This document shows positions 25,099-40,592 of a DNA stretch of 64,000 bases, piece after piece. The stretch comes from Eledone cirrhosa (lineage: Eukaryota), in assembly GCA_964016885.1 (NCBI GenBank), contig OZ024750.1, positions 17,980,001-18,044,000 of the forward strand, written 5' to 3'. The stretch's first letter is position 1, and every line of letters begins with the position of its first letter. The position numbers and the translations under genes are program-made. The notes beneath the pieces were generated by a model. It was not told the DNA's origin and searched no databases. It saw only the letters and a list, made by a program, of their open reading frames with translations.

Positions 25099-25535
25099 GT
25101 AATTATTATCTTTTGTTCTTATTATCTTTATTAGTCTTTTATGTATAGTCTGTAACAATAATCTTTGTATGTTAATTATGATTTCAATGGTTTCTTGGTC
25201 TCATTTTCTTAATGAAATGACGAAAGGGCCGTGTTGTGTTCCTGCGTTTTGTTATATGTAGCAAGGGATCGTGAGATTGATGTTGTAACTCCTAATAAAC
25301 TTTACCCACCGTATTTAAAATTTCTTTGTGTTGGGCGTGAAACTAACCAACCGGTGTTTAAGCATTGGTTAATTGGCTTGGGTGTTTGCAGTCAGCCAAT
25401 TATTGCTGTGCAATTGTACATTGTTTTACTACAATATAGTCTAATAATGGGGCATGTATAAAATCCACTGACGGAAAAAGATGGTGAAACTTCTAATTCT
25501 GTTTCAATTCTAAACTTCGCTCACCGCATTATTCC

Positions 25536-25662
<127 letters not shown>

Positions 25663-25807
25663 TATATGTATATGTTCTATATATATATATATGTACAATT
25701 CTATACGAGCGAGACACGGTCACCCGATCATTCTTGCCCCAAGTGGGACAATTCCCGCCTAACCCAAGCTAACATGGAAGATAGACGTTAAACGATGATG
25801 ATGATGA

Positions 25808-25885
<78 letters not shown>

Positions 25886-27025
25886 TATCATCATCATCAA
25901 CATTTTACGTCTGCTTTTCTCTGCTTGCAAGGGTGGGACGGGTCCTATTCAGCACAGCATTCTCTCCACTTGTCATGGTCCTTCGTCATCTCCACCGTGA
26001 GCTTCAGTGATCTGAGGTCTAGTCTTACCATCTCCGCCCATGTTTTTCATGGTCTTCCTTTACTACGTCTTCCTTCAACTGGCATTTCTTGGCACTTCTT
26101 CACCCATTAGTCATCCTCCATGCGCATCACATGTCCATACCATCGCAGTCTCCTCTCCCGTACACTACATTCTATCCCTCTCAGACACAGTTTCTCTCTC
26201 AACACATCCATGCTCGGCCGTTCACGCACATTGACATTGCACATCCAACGGAGCATGCTTGCCTCATTTCTCTCCAAACGTTGCATATCCTCTGCACTTG
26301 CTGCCCATGTTTCACCACCATGCAGCATCGCGCACCTCACACAGGCATTATATAACCGGCCTTTCGTACGCAGGGAGAAACCCTTCTTTATCAGAATAGA
26401 AAGCAGCTCCCTAAACTTCTTCCAACCCGTCCTTATTCTAAATACTATGGCCTCGGAACACCCCCCTCCCATGCTAATCTGATCACCTAGGTACCGGAAG
26501 CTATCAACCACTTCTATAGCACCCTCCTACATTTGAAAAATGTGTCTATCAGTGCGACTTCTACTGTCAAATTTCCGTGTACATCTCCTGCATACATATT
26601 TCTCCCTACCTGTTAGTTTGCTTGCTATCCCACTACTTCTCTTGTGTACCCAAGATCTGTATTGTGTACATTTTATAGAATTTATGCCAGTTCCTTATGC
26701 AAATCGAACATGGCCATTTCCCTGTCGGAATCAGAGTTTTGTCCTCTTTTCTACTCACCAACACTTTTGTCTTAGCTAGGTTCACTCTCACTCCTCTTGA
26801 TTCCAACTGCTGTTTTCGTAGCCAGAATTTCTTCTCTAGCTCCTCTACTGATTCTGCTATAAGAACCAGATCGTCAGTATAGAGAAGTTCCCATGGAGAG
26901 CCAGTCTTAAACTCCTCTGTTATGGCTTGGAGGACTATACTGAACAAGAGAGGGCTGAGGACCGAACCCTGATGTACTCTTACTCGTATCTGGAATTCCT
27001 CACTAAACTCCATTCTTACCCTCAC
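25886..27025 (-). mobile_element. RTE-clade LINE 3' 1.1 kb with (GAT)n tail
   Basis: VHQGSVLSPLLF..LLYTDDLVLIAES..VNLAKTKV..FRYLGD..RRLRWYGHVMRM; ends in a tgatgatga tail. Confidence 0.92.
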
Positions 27026-27078
27026 TTTACTGTATATATGTATATAATAGAATTTTATGTTTATGTAATATTTTACAG

Positions 27079-27120
27079 CAAGGAAAAGGCAGAACTAGAC
27101 GTTCTGGTTATGTCGACAAG
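27079..27120 (+). CDS. Micro-exon 12 (42 nt): QGKGRTRRSGYVDK
   Basis: tttatgtaatattttacAG ... GTaattatt. Confidence 0.88.
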
Positions 27121-27501
27121 GTAATTATTAACTTCTATTTGTATTGCAACCACTATCAGTAGAGGGTTGGACGCCATGCTTTCTAGCACAGTTACGTCCC
27201 TTTACGGTCTGAGTTCAAATCCCGTCGACGTTAATTTTGCCTTCCATCCTTGCAGGGTCGATAAAATAAAGTACTAGTAATGTACTGGGTAATTGGTGGC
27301 CTTGTGCCAAAAGTAGAAACAATTATTAATCTTTCGCACTAGTTTCATAGCGTGGCAGACCATTTGGTCCAGGTGGGTATGGGAAATAAATGTTTAACTA
27401 TGATGATGATGTACTTCCAAATCACTTTCAAAAGAGCACCCAGTCCTCCCTGTAGTCAAAATGCTGCCACAACAAGAAACACCCAGCTCATTCTGCACAG
27501 T

Positions 27502-27592
<91 letters not shown>

Positions 27593-27664
27593 GGGTTATA
27601 TGAGGTGAGATTTAATGAATACCACAAACCTAAACCAAGCGAGACCCACCAAATATATTTATTT

Positions 27665-28053
27665 AACGGCTGGAGAGAAATGAAGCAAGCATGCTCTGTT
27701 GGATGTGTAATGTCAATATACGTGAATGACCGACCATGGATGAGTTGAGAGAGAAACTGTGTTTAAGAGAGATAAGTTGTAGTGTGCGGGAGAGAAGACT
27801 GCGATGGTATGGACATGTGATGCACATGGAGGATGACCGCTAGGTAAAGAAGTACCAAGAAATGCCAGTAGAAGGAAGATGCAGTAGAGGATGACCACAA
27901 CAAATATGGGCGGAGGTGGTGAGAGCAGACCTCAGATTGCTGAAGCTCACGGAAGAGATGACGAAGGACCGGGACAAGTGGAGAGATGCTGTGCTGAATA
28001 GGACCCGTCCCACCCTTGCAAGCAGGGAAAAGCGGATGTAAAATGATGATGAT
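27665..28053 (+). mobile_element. 3' end of the same RTE LINE family in the opposite orientation
   Basis: Near reverse complement of 25886-26280; ends cccacccttgcaagcagggaaaagcggatgtaaaatgatgatgat. Confidence 0.88.
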
Positions 28054-28243
28054 AACCACAAAATACAACTTTTAATATTATCCAATGTTCACCAATTGTC
28101 CCCTGTGCACTAGAATGGGTAGTATCAACTTCAATGGACCGAAACTATAAAGATCTCCTGTGGTTGACTGAAGAAAAAAAACTGGCTGTTTTCTTCATTG
28201 ATTTTGTCAAAACCATGGTCATTTTGTGACCAAAGGGGGCTTG

Positions 28244-28311
<68 letters not shown>

Positions 28312-28425
28312 ACTAGAGATTGATTAACATATAAATAAACATGAATAATCACAGAAAGCCACCCGAAGGGTGGTTTTTCTGCTAGTATATATAATAGAAT
28401 TTTTTATTTATGTAATATTTTACAG

Positions 28426-28470
28426 CAAGGAAAATACAGAACTAGGAAAGGTTCTACCGATCTCGACATG
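28426..28470 (+). CDS. Micro-exon 13 (45 nt): QGKYRTRKGSTDLDM
   Basis: Consensus acceptor and donor. Confidence 0.88.
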
Positions 28471-28930
28471 GTAATTATTAACTTCTATTTGTATTCCATT
28501 ACTAGTCTTTCGCACTAGTTTCATAGCGTGGCAGACCATTTGGTCCAGGTGGGTGTGGGAAATAAATGTGTAACTATGATGATGATGTACTTCCAACTCA
28601 CTTTCAAAAGAGCACTCAGACCTCATTGTAATCGAAATGCTGCAACAACAGGAAACACCTAGCCCATTCTACACAGTAGCACAATAATAGTAAATGAATA
28701 CCAAAAACCTAAACCAATCGAGACCCACCAAATATATTTACTTAACCACAAAACACAACTTTTAACATAATCCAATGTTCACCAATTATCCCGTGTGCAC
28801 TAGAATGGGTAGTATCAACTTTAATGGACCAAAACTATAAAGATTTTCTGTGGTCAACTGAGAAAAGGAACTGGCTGTTTTCTTCGTTGTTTTTCTTCAT
28901 TGATTTTGTCAAAACCATCGTCATTTCGTG

Positions 28931-29746
28931 ATATATTTCGGTGACAACCATCATTGGCTGTGACCTCTTCAGGCAGTCCGAATTAGTGTGGGAAGGATAG
29001 GTACACATGTTGTTGAAGTGTGTTTTACTCCGTCAATCCAACGATATGTTCAGCTCCTGGTAGTGTTGTTATTTCTCTTAAGAACTGGAATCATATGATT
29101 TAGAGCAAACGAATTGTAACACACACGCATTTTTATTTTTTATTTGTTTGGCACCCCCCATGTGAAATAGATGCCAACCTACACACAAATTCTTCTGAAC
29201 ATATCAGCAGCACACTGAAACTGACCTGCCAGCTGACCCCTTTACACCACTTCCACTACCAACACAATGGAGGAGGTCAGCTGTACATAAAAAAATTACT
29301 ACAACAGATTGCCTTACCGCAGAAAAATTTCCATAGACTTTTTACTGAGGAAAATTCTCACAATTGACCAATGGGATGCGAGCGTGTATTCTGACGCCGA
29401 AATTCGTTTGCTCTAACTCATCTGATATCAGTTCCTAAGAGAAATAACAACACTACCAGGAGCTGGACATATCTATGGATTGACGGAGTAAAACACACTT
29501 CAACAATATGTGTACCTGTCCTTTCCACACCAATTCGGACTGCCTGAAGAGGACACAGCCAATGATGGCTGTCACCGAAATATATATAGCAGTATATCTA
29601 TAATTTGTAATAAACGAAGCCAAATTTTACATATTTGACTTAATTACTTTACATTACTCCGGAGGAGTAAACAAACCAACCTGCGTACTCCGTCGAGTGC
29701 TCCAATCTGCATACTTAGGTGTCGGTAAACAACCAACATATACTCA

Positions 29747-29750
<4 letters not shown>
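28931..29750 (+). mobile_element. Penelope-type insertion with inverted about 155-bp terminal duplication and hammerhead at 29539-29593
   Basis: 28931-29087 is the near reverse complement of about 29429-29585. HHR: actgc-CTGAAGA-ggacacagcc..ggctgtcacc-GAAA-tatata-TA-gcagt. Confidence 0.75.
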
Positions 29751-29783
<33 letters not shown>

Positions 29784-29813
29784 AAAGAATAGAGGTGTAA
29801 CACACAAGTTATT

Positions 29814-30171
29814 ATATATTGGTAAACGGAATAGAAAATGCTGACAAATTGTTCACAGTTGAAAAATGGTTTAATTAGGAATAAAAGAGTATTAGTGATT
29901 GTATGGGTTAGTAGTTAGTATTCAGTTGTGGTTTTAAGTTTTTAAGTTTTTACCGGTTGCGCATTTCTAAATGCTTTTCAAAAATAATTTTGAGATAGAG
30001 TGTCCGTGCTGTTTGCTCTGATCTGTAAAAACTTAATCTCTCAACCGGTAAAAACTTAAAAACTTAAAACCACAACTGAATACTAACCCATACAATCACT
30101 AATACTCTTTTATTCCTAATTAAACCATTTTTCAACTGTGAACAATTTGTCAGCATTTTCTATTCCGTTTA

Positions 30172-30180
<9 letters not shown>
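29814..30180. mobile_element. Inverted-duplicated element in (TA)n; further copies at 6945-7130 and 32220-32450
   Basis: About 140-bp arms (attggtaaacggaatag... / ...ctattccgtttaccaat); contains a degenerate hammerhead-like ttgaaaa-gcatt..aatgc-gcaa-ccgg-ta. Confidence 0.7.
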
Positions 30181-30221
<41 letters not shown>

Positions 30222-30519
30222 CCCTTTATTATTTCCTTACCTTATAAAATTATGTTTTTTCACAAAAAAGTATTCTGTCTCTTATATATTCCATGTGCCA
30301 TTACCAACCTCAATTTTATCTATAACCTTCGTTTTGTGTAGAAAATTACACTTTTCATATATATATACATATATATATATATAGAAATAGAAACTCCACC
30401 ATAATATGTTTTGCTACAATATAGTCTAATAATGGGGCATGTTTAAAATCCACTGAACGGAAAAATATGGTGAAGCTTCTAATTCTATTTCAATTCTAAA
30501 CTTCGCTTACTGCATTATT

Positions 30520-30571
<52 letters not shown>

Positions 30572-30613
30572 TATATATATAATAGAGTTTTCTGTTTATG
30601 TAATATTTTACAG

Positions 30614-30658
30614 CAAGACGAAGACGAAACAAGTAGACGCTCTAGCTATATCGACATG
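30614..30658 (+). CDS. Micro-exon 14 (45 nt): [15 protein letters not shown]
   Basis: Consensus acceptor; GTaaatatt donor. Confidence 0.9.
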
Positions 30659-30866
30659 GTAAATATTATCTTGTATTTGTATTCCATTACTAGTCTTTCG
30701 CACTAGTTTCAGAGCGTGGCAGACCATTTGGTTCAGGTGGGTATGGCAAATAAATGTTTAACCATGATGATGATGTATTTCCAACTCACTTTCAAAAGAG
30801 TACTCAGTCCTCCCTGTAATCGAAATGCTGCCACAACAAGAAACACCCTGCCCATTCTGCACAGTC

Positions 30867-30945
<79 letters not shown>

Positions 30946-31722
30946 TTTGAAGGTTCACCACTGGATAGAGCTGGTCATTCCGTATGGTCAATCTTGATAT
31001 AATAATATGGAGAGTACTCAACGTAAAGCAGCTCAACCGTCTTCGTTTGTGTAGTTGGTGGTGCGAGTACGGAGTTAAATATTATAATAAAATAACAGGA
31101 GGCTGGATTTGTGTAAATCCTTGAAAGGTTTATTATACTATGATCATTTCAATGACCGGGTTCCGTATGAATCCGGTGATATCATCAGGTATTCGAAAAA
31201 TAATAAATGAATGTAACAGATAAAATCATCCATGGGGCTGAAAATCATAGACCCGAGGACGACCGACCATCTAGCATCTTCCACTTTAGCCGGTCGCCCT
31301 AAAATTATTATTATTATAATATATATATATATATATATTTATTTATTTATTTATATATATACGGAAGATATATGTGCTGAGTATTTTGTATGTGTATAGG
31401 TTTACATAGAAATATATGAATATAAAATGTTCTCGCACAACTCCACCCGACAACACAATAATAGCAAATGAATACCAAAAACCTAAACCAATCGAGACCC
31501 ACCAAATATATTTACTTAACCACAAAACACAACTTTTCACATAATCCAATGTTCACCAATTATCCCGTGTGCACTAGAATGTGTAGTATCAACTTTAATG
31601 GACCGAAACTATAAAGATTTCCTGTTGTCGACTGAAGAAAAAGAACTGGCTGTTTTCTTCGTTGTTTTTCTTCATGGATTTTGTCAAAACCATGGTCATT
31701 TCGTGACTGAAGGTGACCTACA

Positions 31723-31766
<44 letters not shown>

Positions 31767-31890
31767 CAATGATTTGATCAGACACACACTGTATTTAAGG
31801 TTGAATGACACAATTCCGAGTGATTAACTATCCATAGTACAGAGTACTCACAACCTCTAACTGGATTACCTAAAGCGATAACTTGCTATC

Positions 31891-31984
<94 letters not shown>

Positions 31985-32109
31985 TTCACCATAATATGTT
32001 TTACTACAATATAGTCTAATAATGGGGCATGTATAAAATCTACTGAACGGAAAAAGATGGTGAAGCTTCTAATTCTATTTCAATTCTAGACTTCGCTCAC
32101 TGCATTATT

Positions 32110-32223
<114 letters not shown>

Positions 32224-32441
32224 TTTTGAGATAGAGTGTCCGTGCTGTTTGCTCTCAAACAGCACGGACACTCTATCTCAAAATTATTTTTGAAAAGCAT
32301 TTAGAAATGCGCAACCGGTAAAAACTTAAAAACTTAAAACCACAACTGAATACTAACCCATACAATCACTAATACTCTTTTATTCCTAATTAAACCATTT
32401 TTCAACTGTGAACAATTTGTCAGCATTTTCTATTCCGTTTA

Positions 32442-32487
<46 letters not shown>

Positions 32488-32619
32488 TAACAGATTAAAG
32501 TTTAATAAATATTTGCTCTACGGTTCTTATATATTTGATATATATTTATCCTTATCGAGCCCTCTTTGGATTTTAGTCTTCAAACTTATTATTATTACTA
32601 TATATATATATATATATAT

Positions 32620-32760
32620 ATTTATTTCATTTACCAGTGATTTCTTAAAAGCAACCAAAATTGCTTTCATTCATCAGAAAGAAAAAATCCAGGATTTTCG
32701 ATTCTGATGAATAAAAGCAATTTTCGTTGCTTTCAAGAAACCACTGGTAAATGAAATAAT
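32620..32760. mobile_element. Inverted-duplicated Penelope-type fragment with minimal hammerhead (minus arm 32641-32680)
   Basis: Minus strand ttt-CTGATGA-at-GAAA-gcaa..ttgc-tt; arms are inverted around 32690. Confidence 0.6.
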
Positions 32761-32848
32761 TATCTTATGTTGTTTATTACATATCTAATAGGCTCTGTAA
32801 CCTACATAGAGCACTCTTTTTTCCTGGAACTTTCCGACGGAATTACTT

Positions 32849-32936
<88 letters not shown>

Positions 32937-32968
32937 ATAGAGTTTTCTGTTTATGTAATATTTTACAG

Positions 32969-33013
32969 CAAGATGAAGTCGAAACAAGTAGACGCTCTAG
33001 CTATATCGACATG
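32969..33013 (+). CDS. Micro-exon 15 (45 nt): [15 protein letters not shown]
   Basis: Consensus splice sites; differs from exon 14 at 2 nt. Confidence 0.9.
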
Positions 33014-33295
33014 GTAAATATTATCTTGTATTTGTATTCCATTCCTAGTCTTTTGCGCTAGTTTCATAGCGTAGCAGACCATTTGGTCCAGGTGGGTGTG
33101 GGAAATAAATGTTTAACTATGATGATGATGTACTTCCAACTCACTTTCAAAAGAGACTCAGTCCTCCTTCTAATCGTAATGCTGCCACAACAAGAAACAC
33201 CCAGCCCATTCTGCACTGTGGTATATATATATATAGAAGATTTGCATAAGGTGAAACATTTGTTCTTGGTATGAACTAACTGTTGTGTTACTACA

Positions 33296-33328
<33 letters not shown>

Positions 33329-33694
33329 GGGGGGGGGGTATATGTGGTGAGTGTTTTGTGTATGTGTATAGTTATACATACAAATATATGAATAAAACAT
33401 CTTCTCGCACAACTCCACCCATCAACACAATAATAGCAAATGAATACCAAAAACCTAAACCAATCGAGACCCACCAAATATATTTACTTAATCACAAAAA
33501 ACAAATTTTTACATAATCCAATGTTCATCAATTGTCCTGTGTGCACTAGAATGTGTAGTATCAACTTTAATGGACCGAAACTATAAAGATTTCCTGTGGT
33601 TGACTGAAGAAAAAGAACTGGCTGTTTTCTTCGTTATTTTTCTTCATTGATTTTGTCAAAACCATGGTCATTTCGTGACCGAAGGGGAGCTACA

Positions 33695-33837
<143 letters not shown>

Positions 33838-34450
33838 TATATTCCAATGATTTGATCAGAGTCACACACTGTATTTAAGGTCGAATGACACAATTCCGCT
33901 TGATTAGCGGCCTTTAGACTCACCTGATCAATGAAACAGTTGTTAATACTGTAAATAAAACTCTTTTTCTACAGCTGACCATGCTATTCTACAATCTGTC
34001 CCTACTATTGTCCCAAGAATGACCTGCATGGGAATTCTTGCAAACTCGCTACCTAACTAAGGAAACCCCTTGTTGAGTCAAACAACTGCGTATGTTAAAA
34101 CTATCTATAGTACAGAGTACTCAGGACCTCTAACTGGATTACCTAAAACGATAAATTGCTATCCCATATATATATATATACATATATATAGAGAGAAATA
34201 GAAACTTCACCATAATATGTTTTACTACAATATAGTCTAATAATGGGGCATGTATAAAATCTACTGAACGGAGAAAGATGGTGAAGCTTCTAATTCTATT
34301 TCAATTCTAAACTTCACTCACTGCATTATTCCATATATATATATATATATAAATTGAAACAAAATGAAAACGAAATTTCATTTCTCACTCTTAGTATGGC
34401 ACTTACTTAAATGTAAGTATGCATGTATACGTACATACATATATGTATAC

Positions 34451-34486
<36 letters not shown>

Positions 34487-34539
34487 GTGCATGCTACTGT
34501 GCGTCTGTATACATATATGTATGTACGTATACATGCATA

Positions 34540-34592
<53 letters not shown>

Positions 34593-34600
34593 TATTATTA

Positions 34601-34830
34601 TGTAATAAACAACATAAGGCAATTATTCCATTTACCAGTGGTTTCTTAAAAGCAAAAGGTTTTGCTTTCAATCCTCAGAATGAAAAATCCTGGTTTGTTT
34701 ATTGAATATTGATTAGAATCCATATTCAATAAACAAACCAGGATTTTTCATTCTGAGGATTGAAAGCAAAACCTTTTGCTTTTAAGAAACCACTGGTAAA
34801 TGGAATAATTGCCTTATGTTGTTTATTACA
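34601..34830. mobile_element. About 108-bp perfect inverted repeat with a minimal hammerhead core on both arms
   Basis: Arms 34601-34708 and 34723-34830; CTGAGGA-tt-GAAA-gcaaaa-cc-ttttgc-tt at 34753. Confidence 0.7.
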
Positions 34831-34907
34831 TAATAATAATAATTAAGCTCTGTTGCTTACATAGAGCACTCTTTTTTCCTGGACTTTTCCGATGGAATTA
34901 CTTCATT

Positions 34908-35031
<124 letters not shown>

Positions 35032-35187
35032 CATTATTGCGGGTTGAATCGGAGGTAACCACAGTAAGTAAGGTACTCAATACATAGTAGAGTATACAAG
35101 TTTTAATATAGATGAGATTCTACAGGACTAGAACTGTTTCATTTAGAAATATATAATAGAGTTTTCTGTTTATGTAATATTTTACAG

Positions 35188-35232
35188 GAAGAAAAGGTAC
35201 AAACAAGTAGACGTACCAGCGATATCGACATG
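35188..35232 (+). CDS. Micro-exon 16 (45 nt): EEKVQTSRRTSDIDM
   Basis: Consensus splice sites. Confidence 0.9.
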
Positions 35233-35439
35233 GTAAATATTATCTTCTATTTGTATTCCATTCCTAGTCTTTCGCACTAGTTTCAGAGCATGGCAGACCA
35301 TTTCGTTCAGGTGGGTGTGGGAAATAAATGTTTAACTATGATGATGATGTACTTCCAACTCACTTTCAAAAGAACATTCAGTCCTCCCTGTAATCGAAAT
35401 GCTGCCACAACAAGAAACACCCAGCCCATTCTGCACAGT

Positions 35440-35535
<96 letters not shown>

Positions 35536-35556
35536 GGGTATATGTGGTGAGTTACA

Positions 35557-35618
<62 letters not shown>

Positions 35619-35622
<4 letters not shown>

Positions 35623-35811
35623 TTAATATAGAAGAGATTCTACAGGACTAGAACTGTTTCATTCATTAGAAATCATCAGGATTCCTGATGATTTCTAATG
35701 AATGAAACAGTTCTAGTCCTGTAGAATCTCTTCTATATTAAAACTGTTATACTCTGCTATGTATTGAGTACCTTACTTACTGTGGTTACCTCCGATTCAA
35801 CCCGGAATAAC

Positions 35812-35812
<1 letters not shown>
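35619..35812 (+). mobile_element. Penelope-type element with palindromic 5' end and hammerhead (35680-35728); minus copy at 35034-35150; another copy at 57424-57560
   Basis: About 62-bp arms mirror around 35681-35682; gattc-CTGATGA..GAAA-cagttctagtcctg-TA-gaatc; flanked by (TA)n. Confidence 0.78.
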
Positions 35813-35906
<94 letters not shown>

Positions 35907-36373
35907 CATATATATATATATTCCAATGATTTGATCAGAGACACACACTGTATTTAAGGTCGAGTGACGCAATTCCGAGTGAATAGCGGCCTTTAGACTC
36001 ACCTAATCAATGAAACAGTTGTTAATACTGTAAATAAAACCCTTTTTCTACAGCCGACCATGCTATTCTACAATCTGTCCCTACTATTGCCTTAAGAATG
36101 ACCTGCATGGGAATTCTTGCAAACTCGCTACCTAACTAAGGAAACCCCTTGTTAAGTCAAACAACTGCGTATGTTAAAACTATCTATAGTACAGAGCACT
36201 CAGGACCTCTAACTGGATTACCTAAAACGATAACTTGCTATCCCATATATATACTTACTCTTAACACTATGACTTACTAAAGTAAACAAACCACTATCCT
36301 GATGGCCTCCAAAAGCAACGGTCACTTTTTAAAAGGGTACGTCAATGTCTATTTATAAAACTTTTATATATTG

Positions 36374-36438
36374 TACTTTGTCTGATGAAGGCATACCATA
36401 ATTTAACTTGGTATCCTTGAAATATATATAATGAAATA
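36374..36438 (+). ncRNA. Hammerhead-like motif
   Basis: CTGATGA-agg.atacca..tggtat.cctt-GAAA-tatata-ta; same family as 48286. Confidence 0.6.
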
Positions 36439-36478
36439 AATATGGTTTTATAAATATAGTTTCCATTTATTAATATCG

Positions 36479-36503
<25 letters not shown>

Positions 36504-36511
<8 letters not shown>

Positions 36512-37062
36512 ATACTTTGGGAGGGTCATGTTGCCAATAAGAAACACACGCACCAGTTGCTTTCACTTCAATTTAATTTAATATATATTTATAAATTTAC
36601 AAATTTATAAATTTCTGGTTGGTTGGTTGGTTGGTTCCACAACCAGATAGTTGTTTATATATATATAGTCATAGTTCTTTCGTCACACACTCTGTGACCT
36701 CTTCAGTGACTGGGGATTTCTTTCTTCGTTTCTGTGCCTTTCCTTTCTTCTATCCTACGCCATTTTGTTTGTGTGTGGGTTGCGTGCTCAGTTTGCGCAT
36801 GCGCCACATCCGGGTGTCTGTGTGTGTTTGTGTTCATTTTTCTATTTTTCTATTTATATTTGTTTGTTTATTTATTTATTTATTGTTGGTTGGTTGGTTG
36901 ACTATATATATATAAACAACTATCTGGTTGTGGAACCAACCAACCAACCAGAAATTTATAAATTTGTAAATTTATAAATATATATTAAATTAAATTGAAG
37001 TGAAAGCAACTGGTGCGTGTGTTTCTTATTGGCAACATGACCCTCCCAAAGTATAACAATAT
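36504..37062. mobile_element. Element with about 165-bp inverted arms in (TA)n; related pieces at 55790-55950, 56010-56130/56745-56860, 57035-57130 and 6505-6570
   Basis: 36504-36671 is the near reverse complement of 36899-37062. Confidence 0.75.
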
Positions 37063-37116
37063 CGGTTTCAACACACGATTTCAGATAAAGAATCTTGCTA
37101 AACAAATTCAGAAACG

Positions 37117-37180
<64 letters not shown>

Positions 37181-37516
37181 TAAAATATATGATAAACACG
37201 AAACGTGTTTACATTGCAACAGACAAAGTTAGCTATTAATGAAATAAACTAATTAAAGTGAATACAATTTGTCTGTCTCGATATAAGTCAATAAAGACAA
37301 GCTTATATTGGCAACGGCCATGATTCCTGGACAGATTTAAATTTCAAAATCCAAACCTGTTCTGTAGACGAATTTGAACCTCGAAACCCAAATCCGTTTC
37401 GCAACGGTGGTATGTGAATTGAAAAATAAAGAGAATCGAAATGGAATAGAAAAGCCCCTTTTCTTGGAGCTTAATTATTGTAAACGACTGAGAGTTTATT
37501 CTCAAAATATAATATA

Positions 37517-37568
<52 letters not shown>

Positions 37569-37713
37569 GTATATATAGAAATAGAAACTTCACCATAATA
37601 TGTTTTACTACAATATAGTCTAATAATGGGGCATGTATAAAATCCACTGAACGGAAAAAGATGGTGAAGCTTCTAATTGTATTTTAATTCTAAACTTCAC
37701 TCACTGCATTATT

Positions 37714-37871
<158 letters not shown>

Positions 37872-37885
37872 ATATACTATATATA

Positions 37886-37924
<39 letters not shown>

Positions 37925-37933
37925 CTATATATA

Positions 37934-38008
<75 letters not shown>

Positions 38009-38037
38009 GAGTTTTCTGTTTATGTAATATTTTACAG

Positions 38038-38082
38038 GAAGAAGAAGATGGAAGAAGTAGACGCTCTAGCTATATCGACATG
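38038..38082 (+). CDS. Micro-exon 17 (45 nt): [15 protein letters not shown]
   Basis: Consensus splice sites. Confidence 0.9.
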
Positions 38083-38481
38083 GTAAATATTATCTTGTAT
38101 TTGAATTACATTATTAGTCTTTCACTAGTTTCAGAGCGTGGCAGACCATTTGGTCCAGGTGGGTATGGCAAATAAATGTTTAACTATGATGATGAAGTAC
38201 TTCCAACTCACTTTCAAAAGAGCACTCAGTCCTCCTTCTAATCGAAATACTGCCACAACAAGAAACACGCTGCCCATTCTACATACATGCACACAGACGT
38301 ACGATAGTATGTATATACATGCATATATGCACACATATATATATGTACGTATGGGTTTACCGAACATTTATTATAATGTTCGCTTTGTTTGTAAACAAAC
38401 AGCCCAAATTTAGCCGTACAGTGCATGTATGTATGTATATACATACTACTGTACGTCTGTATACATATATGTATGCACGTA

Positions 38482-38522
<41 letters not shown>

Positions 38523-38556
38523 TAATAGAGTTTTCTGTTTATGTAATATTTTACAG

Positions 38557-38601
38557 GGAGAAAAAGACCAAACAAGTAGACGTACTAGCGATGTCGACAG
38601 G
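38557..38601 (+). CDS. Micro-exon 18 (45 nt): [15 protein letters not shown]
   Basis: Consensus splice sites. Confidence 0.9.
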
Positions 38602-40241
38602 GTAAATATTATCATCTATTTGGATTACATTATTAATACCGAGGTACGTGAGTAGGGCGGTGGATTGACAGTATCGGTAGAGGGCCGGACGCCATGCTTT
38701 CCAGCATAGTTACGTCCCTTTACGATCTGAGTTCAAATCCCGCCGAGGTTGACTTTGCCTTTCATCCTTACGGGTTCGATAAAATAAAGTACCAGTAATG
38801 CACTGGATAATTGCTGGCCTTGTGCCTAAAGTAGAAACAATTATTAGTACCGAGGTACGTGAGTAGGGCGGTGGATTGGCAGTATCGGTAGAGGGCCGGA
38901 CGCCATGCTTTCCAGCATAGTTACGTCCCTTTACGATCTGAGTTCAAATCCCGCCGAGGTTGACTTTGCCTTTCATCCTTACGGGGTCGATAAAATAAAG
39001 TACCAGTAATACACTGAGATAATTGCTGGCCTTGTGCCAAAAGTAGAAACAATTATTAGTCTTTTGCGCAAGTTTCAGAGCGTGGCAGACCATTTGGTTC
39101 AGGTGGGTGTGGGGAAATAAATGTTTAACTATGATGATGATGTACTTCCAAATCACTTCAAAAGAGCACCCAGTCCTCCCTGTAGTCGTAATGTTGCCAC
39201 AACAAGAAACACCCAGCCTATTCTACACAGTGGTATATATATATATATAGAAGATCCGCATAAGGTGAAACAATTGTTCTTGGTATGTTGAACTAACTGT
39301 TGTGTTACTACATCTATATATATATATATATATATATATGGGGGGGGGGGGGTATGTGGTGAATTTTTTGTGTATGTGTATAGGTATACATACAAATATC
39401 TGAATATAAAATGTTCTCGCACAACTCCACCCATCAACACAATAATAGTAAATGAATACCAAAAACCTATATATATATAGAGAGAGAGAGAAGAAGTTTA
39501 TGAAATGGAAATGCGGGTATAAAGAATTTATTAGGTAACAATTGTTTCTATAGTGTATGGGTTACCTATACCTCGCTATTTGAATAATATAAAAATATTA
39601 TCATAAACCGAAGGTACACTGTAAGCAAACACACATGTCGTCAGACCTTTGTATTGGAATGATATGAAAATATTTTATACACTAGATAAAAGAGAAAGAA
39701 GGAGGTAGAAAGAGAAGGGGAAGAGGGAAGTGAGTAAGGTGGAGGGAGTCCTGGGATTTAAGACTGTCAGACTAGTAGAGATTGTAAGGAGAGAATGTTT
39801 TGGCAGCAGTTAGCTTAATGAGGCGTGTTAGGGTTGGTGGGGGAAGTAAATTCTTCTAGTGGTGTTGTTCGGACAAGGACAAAATTTAGTTAAAGGGGTC
39901 AAAGTGGTACAGAGTTACAGACAAGTTATTGGGGCTATTATAGTAGCAGGTTATTTCTAAAGGGGTCCAGAAAACAGTGTTTAGTACTATTATTATAGAA
40001 AGCCATATCTTGTGTATAAACATATAAAACAGAAATTTGCAAACGGTGGTGTAAAAAGGTAACATTACATGCATTTAAAAAAAAGAAAAAGTCCTTTTCA
40101 AACGATGGTTACAGTATAGTGAACGTTCAATTTTGCAATCACCGGATTTTAAAACACACTTTATTATACGTTGAGCAATCTCCGACGTCGGTTGACTCCA
40201 TCCAATGCAAATACTTAGTAACATTGGAATACAAATTTACT

Positions 40242-40337
<96 letters not shown>

Positions 40338-40450
40338 CGAAGGAAATGTGGTAAGGAACCAAGTGGACCATAACGCACCAAAGTACTCAATACTTAGGGT
40401 AGTAGAGTGGGTAATAGGAATGAGTAGGACCCCACGGGGGTCCTACTCGT

Positions 40451-40518
<68 letters not shown>

Positions 40519-40547
40519 GACTTTTCTGTTTATGTTATATTTTACAG

Positions 40548-40592
40548 GAAGAAAAGGGCCGAACAAGTAGGCGTACCAGCGATGTCGAGTTG
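40548..40592 (+). CDS. Micro-exon 19 (45 nt): [15 protein letters not shown]
   Basis: Consensus splice sites. Confidence 0.9.
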